DNA from: Takakia lepidozioides
Lineage: Eukaryota; Plantae; Bryophyta
DNA: 64,000 nt
Assembly: GCA_030704615.1 (NCBI GenBank)
Contig: CM060734.1
Location: 10,292,001-10,356,000 of the forward strand
Reading direction: 5' to 3'
Position 1 is the first letter of the stretch; each line of letters begins with the position of its first letter. Below, piece after piece: positions 1-11,500 of this stretch. A program made the position numbers and the translations under genes. Under the pieces are notes generated by a model that saw nothing but the letters and a program-made list of their open reading frames with translations, searched no databases and was not told the DNA's origin.

Positions 1-230
1 CCCCCAGCAACGAAATGTCTGCTGGCAAGGCCTGCTGATATCCACAAACTGCAGACACTGGCAACAACTCAAGGGTACTGCTGCACCAACTGAGCAACAT
101 GACGGAGTGAGACGCGTCGTGCGGTCTCATCCCTCTCCACATACAAGTAACGCCGTACTCATACACCTGCCTGTAGAACAGCAACCAACCCGGTGCTGAT
201 CCCGCCAAACAAGTCGGCAAATGCCTTCAT
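1..230 (-). pseudogene. Cytosine-5 DNA methyltransferase catalytic domain, N-terminal part (motifs I-III), within the retroelement polyprotein
   Basis: Manual translation: PDEGIC/(fs)DLFGGISTGLVAVLQAGV*VRRYLYVERDETARRVSLRHVAQLVQQYP/(fs)ELLPVSAVCGYQQALPADISLLG. This matches SAM-binding motif I (FxGxxxG), motif II (E) and motif III (DI) of DNMT3/DRM-like enzymes. Confidence 0.8.
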
Positions 231-612
231 CCGGACACTACCACACGATCGGTGTGGTGTCCAATGGTGACAACTGAGGTGGTCTTGGTGCAATCCCCGC
301 ACTGTCTTCCTCTCCTGACGGTACAAAAGCCTCTACCTAGGCTTGTGGCACACGACAATCAGTAACCCGCTGCAAATCCTTGCTCGAGCCCCACAATGGA
401 GTGTGAACAACCATGGCAAGCAACTCCGCCATACCATACATGTCATCCTGCTCTCCCAGAGGTGACACATCCTGCGAATGAGTGTTGTCATCCAACAACT
501 CTCAAGTCACTGCAGCTGTGAATGCTGCCAGTGTTGGCATCTTGCCTCGCTGGACAACCGCAACTCCTCCTATGAACATCATAGGGAGCTGCATACGCCG
601 GCCCTCCCCTGA

Positions 613-3224
613 CTACCATCCAGGCCTATAGGAAGCTGACTCCTCCCAAAAATCCAGGGTGAAGCCCATGGGGTACAACATTGCCCCACCAACAAGGACA
701 TCGTACGAGACCGCGTCTGTCACAATGGCCTTGGCTCTCATCACTGAGCCATCTGTAGGATGATCCGGCTGTAATCTGATAGCCAACTCACGCCGTGTCA
801 TGCCCCGAGCCTGCTCTGATCCTCCCAGAGATATCTGTATCTGGAAAGGGCACGGCTCCATATCCGCCTCCGTGAGGCCCAAGCCTGCAATAGCAGCTCT
901 GCCCAGCATCAATGGCTGAGCTCCCGAGTCCAACAAGACTCGCAGTGGCCGGTACCTCTTGCTTGTCGGTCCACTCAAACAGAAAATGTCATCCTAGTTG
1001 TCTAACATGACAACTTCAGGTGTCACCATGGCGCGCTCAATGGCTGGCCTAGCTGACAGCTCCATCAACCTGGCAGCTGCAGCTTGCCATGGCGCCGTCG
1101 TGGCAGTCTTGACCCTCACATCCGAGGATCCCTCCGGCACTACACCTCCCACTATCTCCGCAGAAGATGAAGTAACCTCCCCACTCTCACAGAGTGTAGC
1201 TGCCAGCCTGAACACCTCAGCTGGTCTTACCCCCGACGTCGCAATCATGGTAGTCGAGAACAATGGAGCCTGGCACACAGCTGTGGCCGCCCCCAGCAGC
1301 ACACTAGCTGCCGTAGCCTTGGCAACACTAGGTAGTGGTGCTGCCCGTGTAGCTCTCCCCAATGGCATAGTAACCTCCGCCTCGGTAACAGTAGGGCGAG
1401 AACTAGGTGCCATGGACGGCGTCGACACTGTCTCCGCCAATGTGAATGACTGAGGAAGCCTGGCCTGACGGCTTGCCTCCCCACGCTGTGGATCCAACTC
1501 CACCTCCACACCCCGTGGCTCAGGAACTCGTGCCGCTCCTCGAGTCACTGCCGCAGCTGACTCCACTTGCACTAGTGGTAGTGGTGCCCCGCTCATAGTG
1601 GTAGTGGTAGTGCTGCTTGACACTAGTGGTAGTGGTGCCCCACCCATAGTGGTAGTGGTAGTGGCACCCCTCACTAGTGGTAGTGCTACCCCGCACATGA
1701 ATCCCATGCCTCCCATGTCTCCTCCCTCAGGAGCAGGAGGTGGACCATCTGGCCTTAGAGCCGGTACCACCTGAGCTGTGGCCATGGCAGTGAGCCTCTG
1801 CTCTAGCTGCTGAAGCCGGTTGGCCATGCCTTGGTCACCACCCTGATCTCCGCGTCCTTGGCCATGTTGAGCTTGCCCTTGGCCTGCACCTCGTCCGTTC
1901 TGGGCTGCTCCACCTCGCCCCCGGCCACCATTGTTCCCTTGGAACTGGCCTGGGCGCAACTCAGGATGCAAACCATAGCACTGGGCTTCTCCATGCCCGT
2001 ACTTGCCACAATGCCCAAACTGCAACTGTGCAAGCTGTGCCGGTGCCAAACCATTGCCTTTCTCTGGGCAATTCTTCTTGACATGGGGTCCTCCACATGT
2101 CCAGCACACCACATCCGCCCGTTGTTGGCTTGCAAATGAAGGGAGAGACCCCTGCATCTGAGGTCCTCTCTATCATTCCCTGGGCTTCACCTGAGCCCCA
2201 TGACTTGAGCACGTTGAGGTAGTGGCTGGCTAGGAGCACCACTACCCCATGGTGCCTCCTTAGCAAATCCCACCATGACCACTCGTTCTTCCACCATGTT
2301 GAGCTCTATCCGCTCTGCCAGCAAAAACACATTTGCTAAGGTAGGTTGGGCCGCTTGTATGAGAGTTGCATCCCGCACCCTTCTCCTCAGCTCCTTGTCC
2401 AATATCTCATACCAGAATTGGACTGCCTGAGCCTCCGTAATCCCTTGGGTTACATTAATCAAGTGCCTCATGCGAGTGAAAGCCTCTCTCAAGCTCTCAG
2501 TAGGCTTCCGTTGGAACTCTTGCAAGCTCCTCAACTTCTTTGTCCTCACCCCTTGGTAGTTCCTTCTCAACTCTTCGAAGAACTCCACAACAAGATTGAA
2601 GGCAGGCACTGCCACTGGTGCTGGTGCAGCAGTAGCTTGGGTGGACGTCGTAGTTGTTGTACCACTAGTCCCACTACTGCTCGTGGAAGCTGTTGTTGTA
2701 GCTGTTGCTGCTGGTGCAGCTGCCGGTGTGGTTGATGCCCTTGTGCCTCTAGTGCCTCTAGTGATGGAGACATAGTCGGGTGACCAGTACATCCTCCACT
2801 CCTCGATCTCAATATCGTGCCCCCGCCTAAACTCATGGTAATCATCCATGGGCGGCCCCTCAAGGTGCTGAAACAGCCCCTTCTATGCCATCAAAGGCGT
2901 AAACAATTGTGGATTGCGCATTTGCTGCAAGTCACACCAACTATCAAACTCTTGAATGAAATCATCCAACTCAATGGTGCCCACCGCCCCAGAGTACCTT
3001 CGTGGCCCCTTGTTGGCTCCATACATCTCCTCCATCGTGTCCCACAACAATGGCAATGAAACAACTTGCACCGCCGGTGTGAGTCCTCCTGATTCACAAT
3101 CCGAATCAGAACCTTCCGTAGAAGACACAGGAGGTGAAGGTGGCCTAAACCACACACCTCGTCTTGTATACCCGCTAGTATCGCTAGTGCTCGTACCGGC
3201 ACTTTCCCCATCAACTAGTGGCAC
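613..3224 (-). pseudogene. Retrotransposon gag + aspartic protease (disrupted)
   Basis: Gag capsid-like region (FQRKPTESLREAFTRM), two Zn knuckles (one degenerate) and DSG protease. In-frame TAG/TGA stops and one frameshift near 2160-2186. Confidence 0.85.
1570..1690. repeat. 51-bp tandem repeat (~2.4 copies) inside gag
   Basis: CACTAGTGGTAGTG recurs at 1570, 1621 and 1672; it encodes the repeated PLPLV..TTTTTM segments. Confidence 0.85.
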
Positions 3225-5132
3225 CTCCGTGCTGACAAACTGACACTCAACCGGTCATGAACCTGTCTCTAACCCCCTCTCCACAAGGTAACCGGGTAGA
3301 GAACCTGATGCGGCTTATGGTCTGGAATACTAGGTTCCTAACATAGCCTGCACCTGCACCTGCATCCACCGCAGGCACTCCTATGGTTGGCTGGTCATCA
3401 CCTCCAACCTCACCATAGGAGAAACAAAGATGGTCTGACGGGTCATCAACCCAGCCTCACCATCGACAGCATGCTCTAGGGTGGGATCGGCGATCAAGCC
3501 CGAGTCCACCACCTATAAAATCAAGTGCCCACACAAAACTAGCATGGCGCATAATCAAGCATGCAGGTGTGGAGGGGATCCAAACACAAGAATGAAAACA
3601 ACAACTCCCCCACACCAAAAATCTCTCACGAAACGAGTGAAAAAAGATTTTTATTTTTTTATTTTTTTATTTTTTTTATTTTTTCTCTGCCTGTTCGCGG
3701 CCTTCCGTGGCTCTAACCGCCACTACTCCTCACGGCCCACCCTAGGCACTCGTTGGCCACGGGCTGCCCAGTGATACCCCGTGGTACCACTCCCACGAGC
3801 CTTCACGGCCCGCCATCCCCACGATATGGTCACCGTGCCCACCCGTTGTGTCCACACCACGACTTCCAACGGTCACGGTCAACCATCACGACCTGGGCTC
3901 GTGGTATCTCGTGATACTGCCCCAACGGCCCATCACGGCCACTATTCCCTGCGTTCCCTGGAACTCCCAAGGAGTTCCCATGCGTTCTCGAGGCGTTCCC
4001 ACGCGTTCCCGAGCTCTCCCCGAGCTGGGGTTTGCTCCTGCACCTGCTGCCGACGAGCTATGGCTTCTGCAAAGCCATCAGCCCCGTCGCCCTGCACTCC
4101 TGAGCTCTCACGGCCCACTAGAAGTGCCTCCAACTCAACAAGCAAGCTATATGCTGCCCAACAAGCTCCCTTTTCTTCATGAAGCTCACAAAAACAAATC
4201 TGAAAATACACACATTTACAAACTTGGTGCACCTGCACTTCTCATGCATCTCCCTTGGCTCTAGGACGCCTCGTTGCTGCCCTTCCAGCCCCGCTCTTGC
4301 CACTCCAAGAGCCCTTACACTGCTAAGTTTCAGATTGAAACTCCAACTCAGCACATGTTTCACAAGTGCACTGATTTGCACACAAGAGGGACCAGCCCCC
4401 TCTCTTCATTCATACCTCTTTATGAGCTTGGAGCTGAAGCTCCCAACGGGCTGCGATGCATCCCCTCGCAGCTCCACCATTTGGCTGCTCCTCATCTACC
4501 CGCAACAACTAGTTTCGAGCAGAAATACCTGGAGCTCATCATGTCATCTCCAACCTACAACATGCTAGATGTCCATGCGCAGCCCACATTTCTGTAGCTC
4601 CTTAACTCGGCCTGCAGCTGAAGAAGACGACCACCAGTTCGCCCATTCGTGGCCAGCATCTCCTCCGCTTCACACTAGAAGCCCAAACTTGGTTGTCATA
4701 GCGTTGAGCTATGCAACGCCGCTCTTCAACATAGGCTACCCGCCTCTCTATCCATTGCAAACCTGCAATTTGTTCGTCTTTGCACTCTATCCACTTTGGA
4801 TAGGCTCATGCACGGATCCCTACACTCTAGGCTGAACCGTTTTTCATGAAAACACAAGTGCTACAAAACAACTCGAACCTGGCACTCACAGACTCGAGCT
4901 CATCTTTCTCGAGTGATAAGGAAAAGAATGATACAAGCATACAAGCTCTCTCAAACTCACACACTTGCACATGAAAACATCACTCATATATTAAGTCGAG
5001 CCAAGTGCACCCCACGCCATGGGGAATCCACACTACGGCGCCATAGCTAGACGCGGTGAGGCTCAACTCGAGAAAGATGAGCCCACCGCGATCTGCCGTG
5101 AAGATAACAACGCGTGGTAAAATAACTTGACA

Positions 5133-5490
5133 TAGATGACAAGTTGCATCCCAGAATTAAGGAAATCCATGCTGAGCTGAGAAGATTGTCTGGGCAAATG
5201 AAGGAGACGAGGTATGTGCCTGACTGGCGCTTTGTATTGCATGATGTGGGGAGGCGGAAAATGAATTCTCTCTTTGCCACCACAGTGAGAAGCTGGCCAT
5301 TGGTTTTGGGCTGATCAGCATGACCCCTAGGACGCCTCTCTGTCTCATCAAGAATCTTCGAGTGTGTGGTGACTGCCACACCTCCACCAAATTTATCTCA
5401 AAGATTGTAGACCGAGAAATTGTTGTATGAGACGCTAACCGCTTTCACCACTTTGAAGATGGGATTTGTTCTTGTGGTGATTACTGGTGA
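5133..5490 (+). pseudogene. PPR-DYW RNA-editing factor, E+/DYW deaminase domain (truncated, disrupted)
   Basis: Translation DDKLHPRIKEIHAEL..YVPD..VLHDV/(fs)..[53 protein letters not shown], with HxE and CxxC zinc motifs and a terminal DYW. Confidence 0.95.
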
Positions 5491-6679
5491 AAAGATGTCT
5501 TCTTGGAAAGATGCGAGTGTCTTGCTTCATTCATTGATCTGTGACGTAGCTACTCAGACCATCCACCATTTCCTGAGAGTATTGACCATGATGTACTGTT
5601 GAGTGCAATTCCTGTGGCATAAATCCACAAGAAATGAAAGTGCGGTCTACTTGGCATAGGTGGGAAGTCAGCCCATAATTGCACTTGACTGAAGGGCTGA
5701 TTTTTTATTGATTTTGGTGACAGTGGATGGAAATCAGAGTGCTTTCCTAATTCTGGGTTTGGGTGGTGGAGCTTCTCCAAAGCTTGAAGATGGAAGTGAA
5801 TACGAATTTTAATGAGCTTGATGAGAGGGGCAGCCCTGTGCACAAGTTTGTTCAACATCTTAAATTTGGACATGTTCGTTTGTTTCTCGTGGTGTGGCTT
5901 TGGATGGAGCCCTTGACGAACTTGCATGAATATTGTCAAAAGTTAGCCTTTAACCCACCAAGATCCAATCCCATGGTGGCTGCTTGAAAGTTCATATAGT
6001 GATTGTAAGGATGTTGTTATTGATTGATGCGGCTTGACTCCCTCACACTATAACATCGGTTTGTGCGTGTTGGAGTTCAAGGTTGGGGGTAACTACTTGA
6101 GCTGCATTGCTGTTTTGACATGATAGCTTCGGCAACACTCCGCCATTTTTCTTCCGAAAAACAATGAAATACTGGATGTTTGTATATAAAACCATGCGGA
6201 TGACCCACCCCTTTTTGTGTGAAAATTGAACGTAGTTTTCAGAATTCGTCGCTAGTAGTGCGGAGCAACGCAAAGCCCTAATATACATTATAGTCACATT
6301 TGCTTTCAAGATAGCAGGTATAGCTTGGTGGTAAGAATGTTGCTTGATCCTCCGGTGGGTGCTGGGTTCAAACCTTTATGCCACGAAGCACATATATTTT
6401 TCAACAGGTCATGAATTTGGATGAAGAAATTCACAACAAATGAAGAAGGTGGCCTGTGAGGGGGATGATAGGGTGGCCGCGGAGGAGGATGCAATGTGTA
6501 CAATTTCCACATTGCCTTAAGATTCTTCAGGATTGTTTAGGGTTTTGCATTAATTTTCGAGTTCATCTTCTTCGTTTTTGCTCTCGTCTTCTGCAACATC
6601 TTGTCGTCTTTCTCCATGACCTGCTCGTAAAGTAGGTGGCGCACTAAGTAACCTGTGGAGTGGCACAGTTAAGGCACAC

Positions 6680-8098
6680 ATGGGGCGGTCTCATTCTTCC
6701 AAAGGCATTTTCTTGAGGTCATCCAGAAGCGCTCCAAAACGGATTCCATAGCTACATTTGGCGAAGGTGCTGAACAGATATGGCACCTTTGAGCGGATTG
6801 TCAACAAGACCATGGAAGATCCAGGTTATGCTTACTTGCACTATGATTTGCTACAAAAGACAGCCTTGACCACAGTCACTTTGAGAGTGAAGTCGCATTT
6901 TATAGAAATGCATGAGTAGTCTTTGCAAAAAGGAATGTATGTGAGGGTGGAAAATTTTGGGATGGACTCAAAATCCAAAAGAGGTTTTGAGAAAGACGAC
7001 ATGTATGTCGTCATAATAGTTGAGTCGATCACAACCGTGTCTTCAATTCCTGCCTTTGAACCTGAGTTGGTTCCCATGTTTTTCCACACGGATTCCATAA
7101 GAGAGTTCCGAGCCTCTCTTCAGAGTTGGGCATGTCCACCCTTGCTGTCATTGGTACTGCAGTAAGGGGGGATGACAAGATACGAAGGGTGAAAATTAAC
7201 TAATGATTGCAGATGGAGAGGGAGAATTTGACCAAGATGTTCTTGTCATGGGGAGGAATTTCAAAACAAATTATGATCAAATGGTGGAAGCATACAATGC
7301 TGGCCAATATGTTATGGTCTTAATCAAGAATGTTGCAACAACGTCCAAAGGAGATCGACATTTAAGAACACAGCCCCACACAATTTTTCAGCAGGGATGT
7401 TGATGAAAGCGAACGAGCTCGTCTTCTTCATCTGCACAACAAATTTACCAGTACTCAGCCCGCAGTAAGAGAGGTAAGTCATTATATCTTACTTTGACTT
7501 GTATTGAATTTTTTTGCTATCAATTTTAGTTAATCTGTACCTTATTCTAAAATAATGTAATCCGGGATTTTTCCAGGTAATCGGGGTGCTGTCCATACTC
7601 AGCCATGCTGCTTCTCCATTTCAGAAAGTATGTGAGCACTGTCGTGTATCAGATATCACCATCTCTCCGACTGGCGATGTTCATTGTAACGACTGTCGTT
7701 TGAAAACAATGGACAAGTCAGGTTTTCTCTGTGCCTCCATTGCAACCGACGCTGAACTTGTGTTGCTGACCATTGAGGGCAAATGGCTCGAAACAATCAT
7801 GCATATGGCAGAATCTGAATTCCTCAATTTCTCTCGTCCAAAACAGGTTCAGCTCCTCAACACAATTCGTCTTCGTGGTAAATTTCAATTGGACCCCACA
7901 TCTGCCCTTGTTGGTTTTCAAGAGGACATTCAACAATCAATCCCTAAAACGGAATTTCCTGTGGATTTGAGTGTAACCCCTTTGACAGTTCGTCCTGGTC
8001 CATCGAAATCAGAACCATCTGATGATGTGCAACACAGTGTGAAACGCAAACTTCACTTTGATGATCTGGAATCAGTTTCCAATCAGAAAACCTCCTGA
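6680..8098 (+). pseudogene. RPA70-like OB-fold ssDNA-binding protein (Helitron accessory gene), 2 exons
   Basis: OB-fold-like segments (AKVLNRYG..LQKGMYVRVENFG; LMIADGEG..VLIKNV) and a C-terminal CxxC..CxxC ribbon (CEHC..CNDC). A phase-0 GT-AG intron at 7474-7576 joins ORF 7586-8098 in frame. Confidence 0.65.
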
Positions 8099-8538
8099 AC
8101 ACTTGGTGTGTTTGAAAATAATATTTAGTGCATCATCTTTGTTGTTGTCTTCTCTTTGAGATAAGCAGCTTGTGATGTGAAAAACTTTTATATTACAATT
8201 TTCTAGCCCTTACTATAGTATTTTTCCCATTGTTGTTTTCAAGGTACAAAGAAAGGTTTCGTATTACATCTAGTTTTCATACGGAAATCAGGTTCTTTGT
8301 ACATGGTGATTTTCACATCATCATATGTGATCAGTTTTCAACAATGATATTCTAAGCGGTTTATATGTAAGCAGTTTCTATTATGCGATCTTTATTGACA
8401 AAATACAGTTCATATTTGCAATCATTTTTTAATTGGTGACTGGGCAATATTTCAGTTCTCAGTCTAGTATCCAGTTTTCAAATCTAGTTTTTAAATTTAA
8501 ATCTAGTTCTTACATCTATTTAATTAACATTCATAATA

Positions 8539-11500
8539 ATGGACACAATTACATAATATCTTCTTCTTCATTCTTCATTTGACCATGTCTTACATTCATC
8601 CGGACTTCGTCTCGTTTCAACATATAAATATGAAGTAGGCAATTGTCTATTTGATTCTATTTGTTATCTATTACATAATGAATTGTCGTCTTTTCAATTG
8701 AGGCAAAACAGTATGACATATTTAAGTCAATATTATTAAATAAAGAGAAAGCCCAACAATGTCGCATTCGAGAATTGAATCCAGATTTTTTGTTTGATTT
8801 ACTCAAGGTGCAGTCTTAAATGAACATGAATATGTGACAAAAATGTCACAAAGTGCTACAATTGGAGGGCTATGGGGAGATTTCACTACAGTTTTTTGGA
8901 TAGCAGAATATTTACGAAGGCCAATTTACATTTGGAATAAAGTATCAAAAGCGTACAATGTCTCGATGTGGAATGGATTTTCAATCTATCCCCTTACATA
9001 TAGCTTACAATGCTCAACATTTTGAACCAATTGAGTACGCCAATGATACACCTACGTCTCCACCTTTTTCTCAAACAAATGATCATAAAGTAATCATTAA
9101 TTTGGATGAATTTCCATCTCTCTCAGAATCAACAACACAACAACCATCTAGTCAATCTCCACAAGCAAATTTACGTTTCAATTGGAATGAAAAATTAGAC
9201 TCTGCATCGATGGACCTTTTGGGAAATAATTCTACTTCACAATTGGATTCTATTGCCTCATTATTCAACACTTTTTGCAATACAAGTATTACCCAAAAAC
9301 AAGTTAAAAACCGTATTCAATACATTTAAAAAAAATGAAACGGGTTGCAAATAGCGGTGTCCCTCAGGTTTCATCTCCACCCATTACAATTTCCATTCCA
9401 ACAAGTCAACAAATTCCTAATATGTAATTGTCACACTCCTCTCCAACCATTACTTCCAATCCCACACAAGAAAAAAAGAAAAAATTTCGATTGGATACTT
9501 TATGACAACAATTTTTTTTGAATTATTACAAACTTGTCCAAATCTACCTTATTCTACAAAAGCATCCAAATTCATTAACATGTTTCCAAATATTAAAAGA
9601 ACAATGTCACAAATTATTAATCACATGATATATATATATATTACAAATTCAAGTAAATTTTGTCACAAATATCAGTGTCCCTCAGGTTTCATCTCCACCC
9701 ATTACAATTTCCATTCCAACAAGTCAACAAATTCCTAATATGCAATTGTCACACTCCTCTCCAACCATTACTTCCAATCCCACACAAGAAAAAAAGAAAA
9801 AGAAATTCGATTGGACACTTTATGACAACAAAATTTTTGAATTATTACAAACTTGTCCAAATCTACCTTATTCTATAAAAGTATCCAAATTCATTAACAT
9901 GTTTTCAAATATTAAAAGAACAATGTCACAAATTATTAATCACATGATATATATATATATATATATATATTCTAGTAAATTTGTCACAAACAAGAAAGTT
10001 CAATCACCATATATTGAATGCACTTCGGATGAGATCGACAAACAACCAATGAACATGCACATAAATCAATCTACATTGATATCTTAATGAACAAATTCAA
10101 GATGTTCCTATAATTCCCTGTTTTTATTGTGAAAGGTTGTGCTTTTTAAAACAACTAAAACTTCTTTCAAAAAAATTGTCAAAACAACTTTCCGTATACT
10201 TTCAAATTCAAATAGACCCTACCTTAACATTATACATATGTACAAGTTGTTTATGTAACATTAATGAAGATAAACCGCCTTTGTATCAAGTACCAAATAA
10301 AATTTCTAGAAATAAAATCATTCCATCAGTCCAAAAACTACCACAATTAGAAGAACGTCTTATTTCACCACGTCTTGCTTTTGCTCAAATTTATAAACTT
10401 CATGGTTATGGACAATGTAAAATACATGGCAGTGTTATCAATGTTCCTGCAAATGTGGATCAAACTCAATCTACATAACCACGTCTACCATATGATGAAG
10501 CAACAATAGGTCTATTCCTCAAGCGACATCTTGAATACAAATCACCTTATATGTCGGGAAATATTCATCCAAACTTGGTTATGCTCGCTCTACGAGATTT
10601 AATTGAAACGCCATTGTACAAAGATTTAAAGGTTACTATTCACAATTAATGGGAAAGTTTGTTTGCCTTGCATATACACTCAGAATCAAACTCATATTCA
10701 ACATTTGATAATTCCGAATCTGACAACGATGAAAGAAATTGTACATCAACCAACTCCATGATACATAATTTTTTAGATGCTCCAAAAATAATGGACTACG
10801 AAAATGATGTATATTCTGTTGTTCCAAGTCAACACTTTCATCCCTTAGGTTTATTTAAAGACAAACACTTGGAAGAACTAAACTTTCCAACGTTATTTTA
10901 CGGCCAGCCTCGACTAATTTCTAGAAGGTTTTCATATCAACAAATAGCACAATAGGAGTTGCTCCACAAATCCGGTGATTTTTCGACCAATATTTCAAAC
11001 TTTTTTTTCAAAGCCGCTAAAGTCTCAATCCAATAGGTCATAGGTTTAGGCTGGGTGCGAATACGAAAAAGGAAACTAAGTGGAAGAACATTAAAAACTT
11101 CTCAAGTACGAAATAAACCAAACTTGGATCAAATTTTTAGATCATACTTAGGCTATCGTGATTTGGAAAGCTTGCGCACTTCACCTGATTACTTAGAAGA
11201 CTTGCGTAAGAATTTATTTGCAATGATTCGACAGCTCGGTCCTCCAACATTCTTTGTGACTTTTACATTTGCTAAAACATTATGGGATCCTCTCATTAAG
11301 GCTTTACACACTTTACATGCTAGAAGACTAAATCTCCCAAATAAAATGGAAGCCTCCAATCTGCTCACATAGTACAATTGAACCGAACCGACCCCATAAC
11401 ATGTGCAAGATACTACGATCATAAAATGTCTTCATTTCGTAAACTTATGACAAAAGATGAGACTCTTTTTGGGTTCGTTTCTGATTTTTTCTTTGTCACA

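Larger units (their letters stand above)
1..5132 (-). mobile_element. Degenerate Ty3/gypsy-type LTR retrotransposon (gag-protease-DNA methyltransferase), running off the left window edge
   Basis: Minus-strand gag-like ORFs (2883-3224, 2187-2849, 994-2157) with Zn knuckle CWTCGGPHVKKNC, then aspartic protease VLLDSGAQ (613-978). The minus-strand terminus TGTCAA at 5132 abuts an interrupted PPR-DYW frame. The inner LTR boundary and PBS were not resolved. Confidence 0.8.

Noticed and set aside
5024-5043. PBS (TGGCGCCGTAGTGTGG, minus strand) for the DNMT element
   Set aside because: It is only ~90 bp from the terminus, is not preceded by CA, and lies upstream of the TATA-like tract; no tRNA could be assigned.
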